A stretch of 64,000 bases of DNA, from the NCBI GenBank assembly GCA_045576695.1, contig JAZNGY010000075.1, positions 46,097 to 110,096 of the forward strand, in the 5' to 3' direction. Numbering within the stretch: position 1 is the first letter of the stretch; each line of letters opens with the position of its first letter. The notes below the pieces were generated by a model, which had not been told where the DNA came from, ran no database searches, and saw only the letters and a program-made list of their open reading frames with translations. Position numbers and translations under genes: made by a program. Shown in pieces: positions 63,878-64,000 of this stretch. The stretch comes from Akkermansia sp. GTDB taxonomy: Bacteria > Verrucomicrobiota > Verrucomicrobiia > Verrucomicrobiales > Akkermansiaceae.

Positions 63878-64000
63878 GTCTTGGGCAAATAGTCTACACC
63901 AGATGCGGCTTTCATGCAAGACAGGAGGGGCATAATCAGGAGTGCTGACGCAGCAAAATTCGTTTGGATGTACATACAATCCGCTTGCCAAGGTGAAGAG

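Overview
The window is mostly prophage DNA and contains no CRISPR array and no reverse transcriptase. (i) 1-~6700: right end of lambda-like siphovirus prophage 1 (tape-measure end, tail genes, Ser/Gly-rich tail protein, glycosyltransferase, tail fibre, holin-like gene), next to tRNA-Ala(GGC). (ii) ~7140-12700: short host segment with two divergent tRNAs (Ala-GGC, Ile2-CAT), a membrane protein and a 1454-aa M16 peptidase fusion. (iii) ~12750-58860: nearly complete related prophage 2, with DUF2924/serine recombinase, SSB-nuclease-helicase, sigma-like regulator, PolA-primase, terminase, holin/M15 endolysin, portal-protease-capsid, tail module with a G/GT -1 frameshift, several promoter-led small-gene cassettes and metK. 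(iv) 59050-64000: AT-rich MTase/REase pair plus a YolD/Y-family polymerase cassette. The host may be a Verrucomicrobiota (Akkermansia-like) bacterium, but this is only an impression from gene style. Most notable: a GT25+GT29-like glycosyltransferase beside a mucin-like Ser-rich protein, conserved in both tail operons; a TTTTGACA motif 12-16 nt before 12 phage start codons lacking a Shine-Dalgarno; a 25-unit 11-bp phased array of a related motif; a 50-bp inverted repeat bracketing the sigma-like cassette; and a duplicated promoter cassette carrying four paralogous small proteins. All product calls come from motif recognition by eye; no database search was run.
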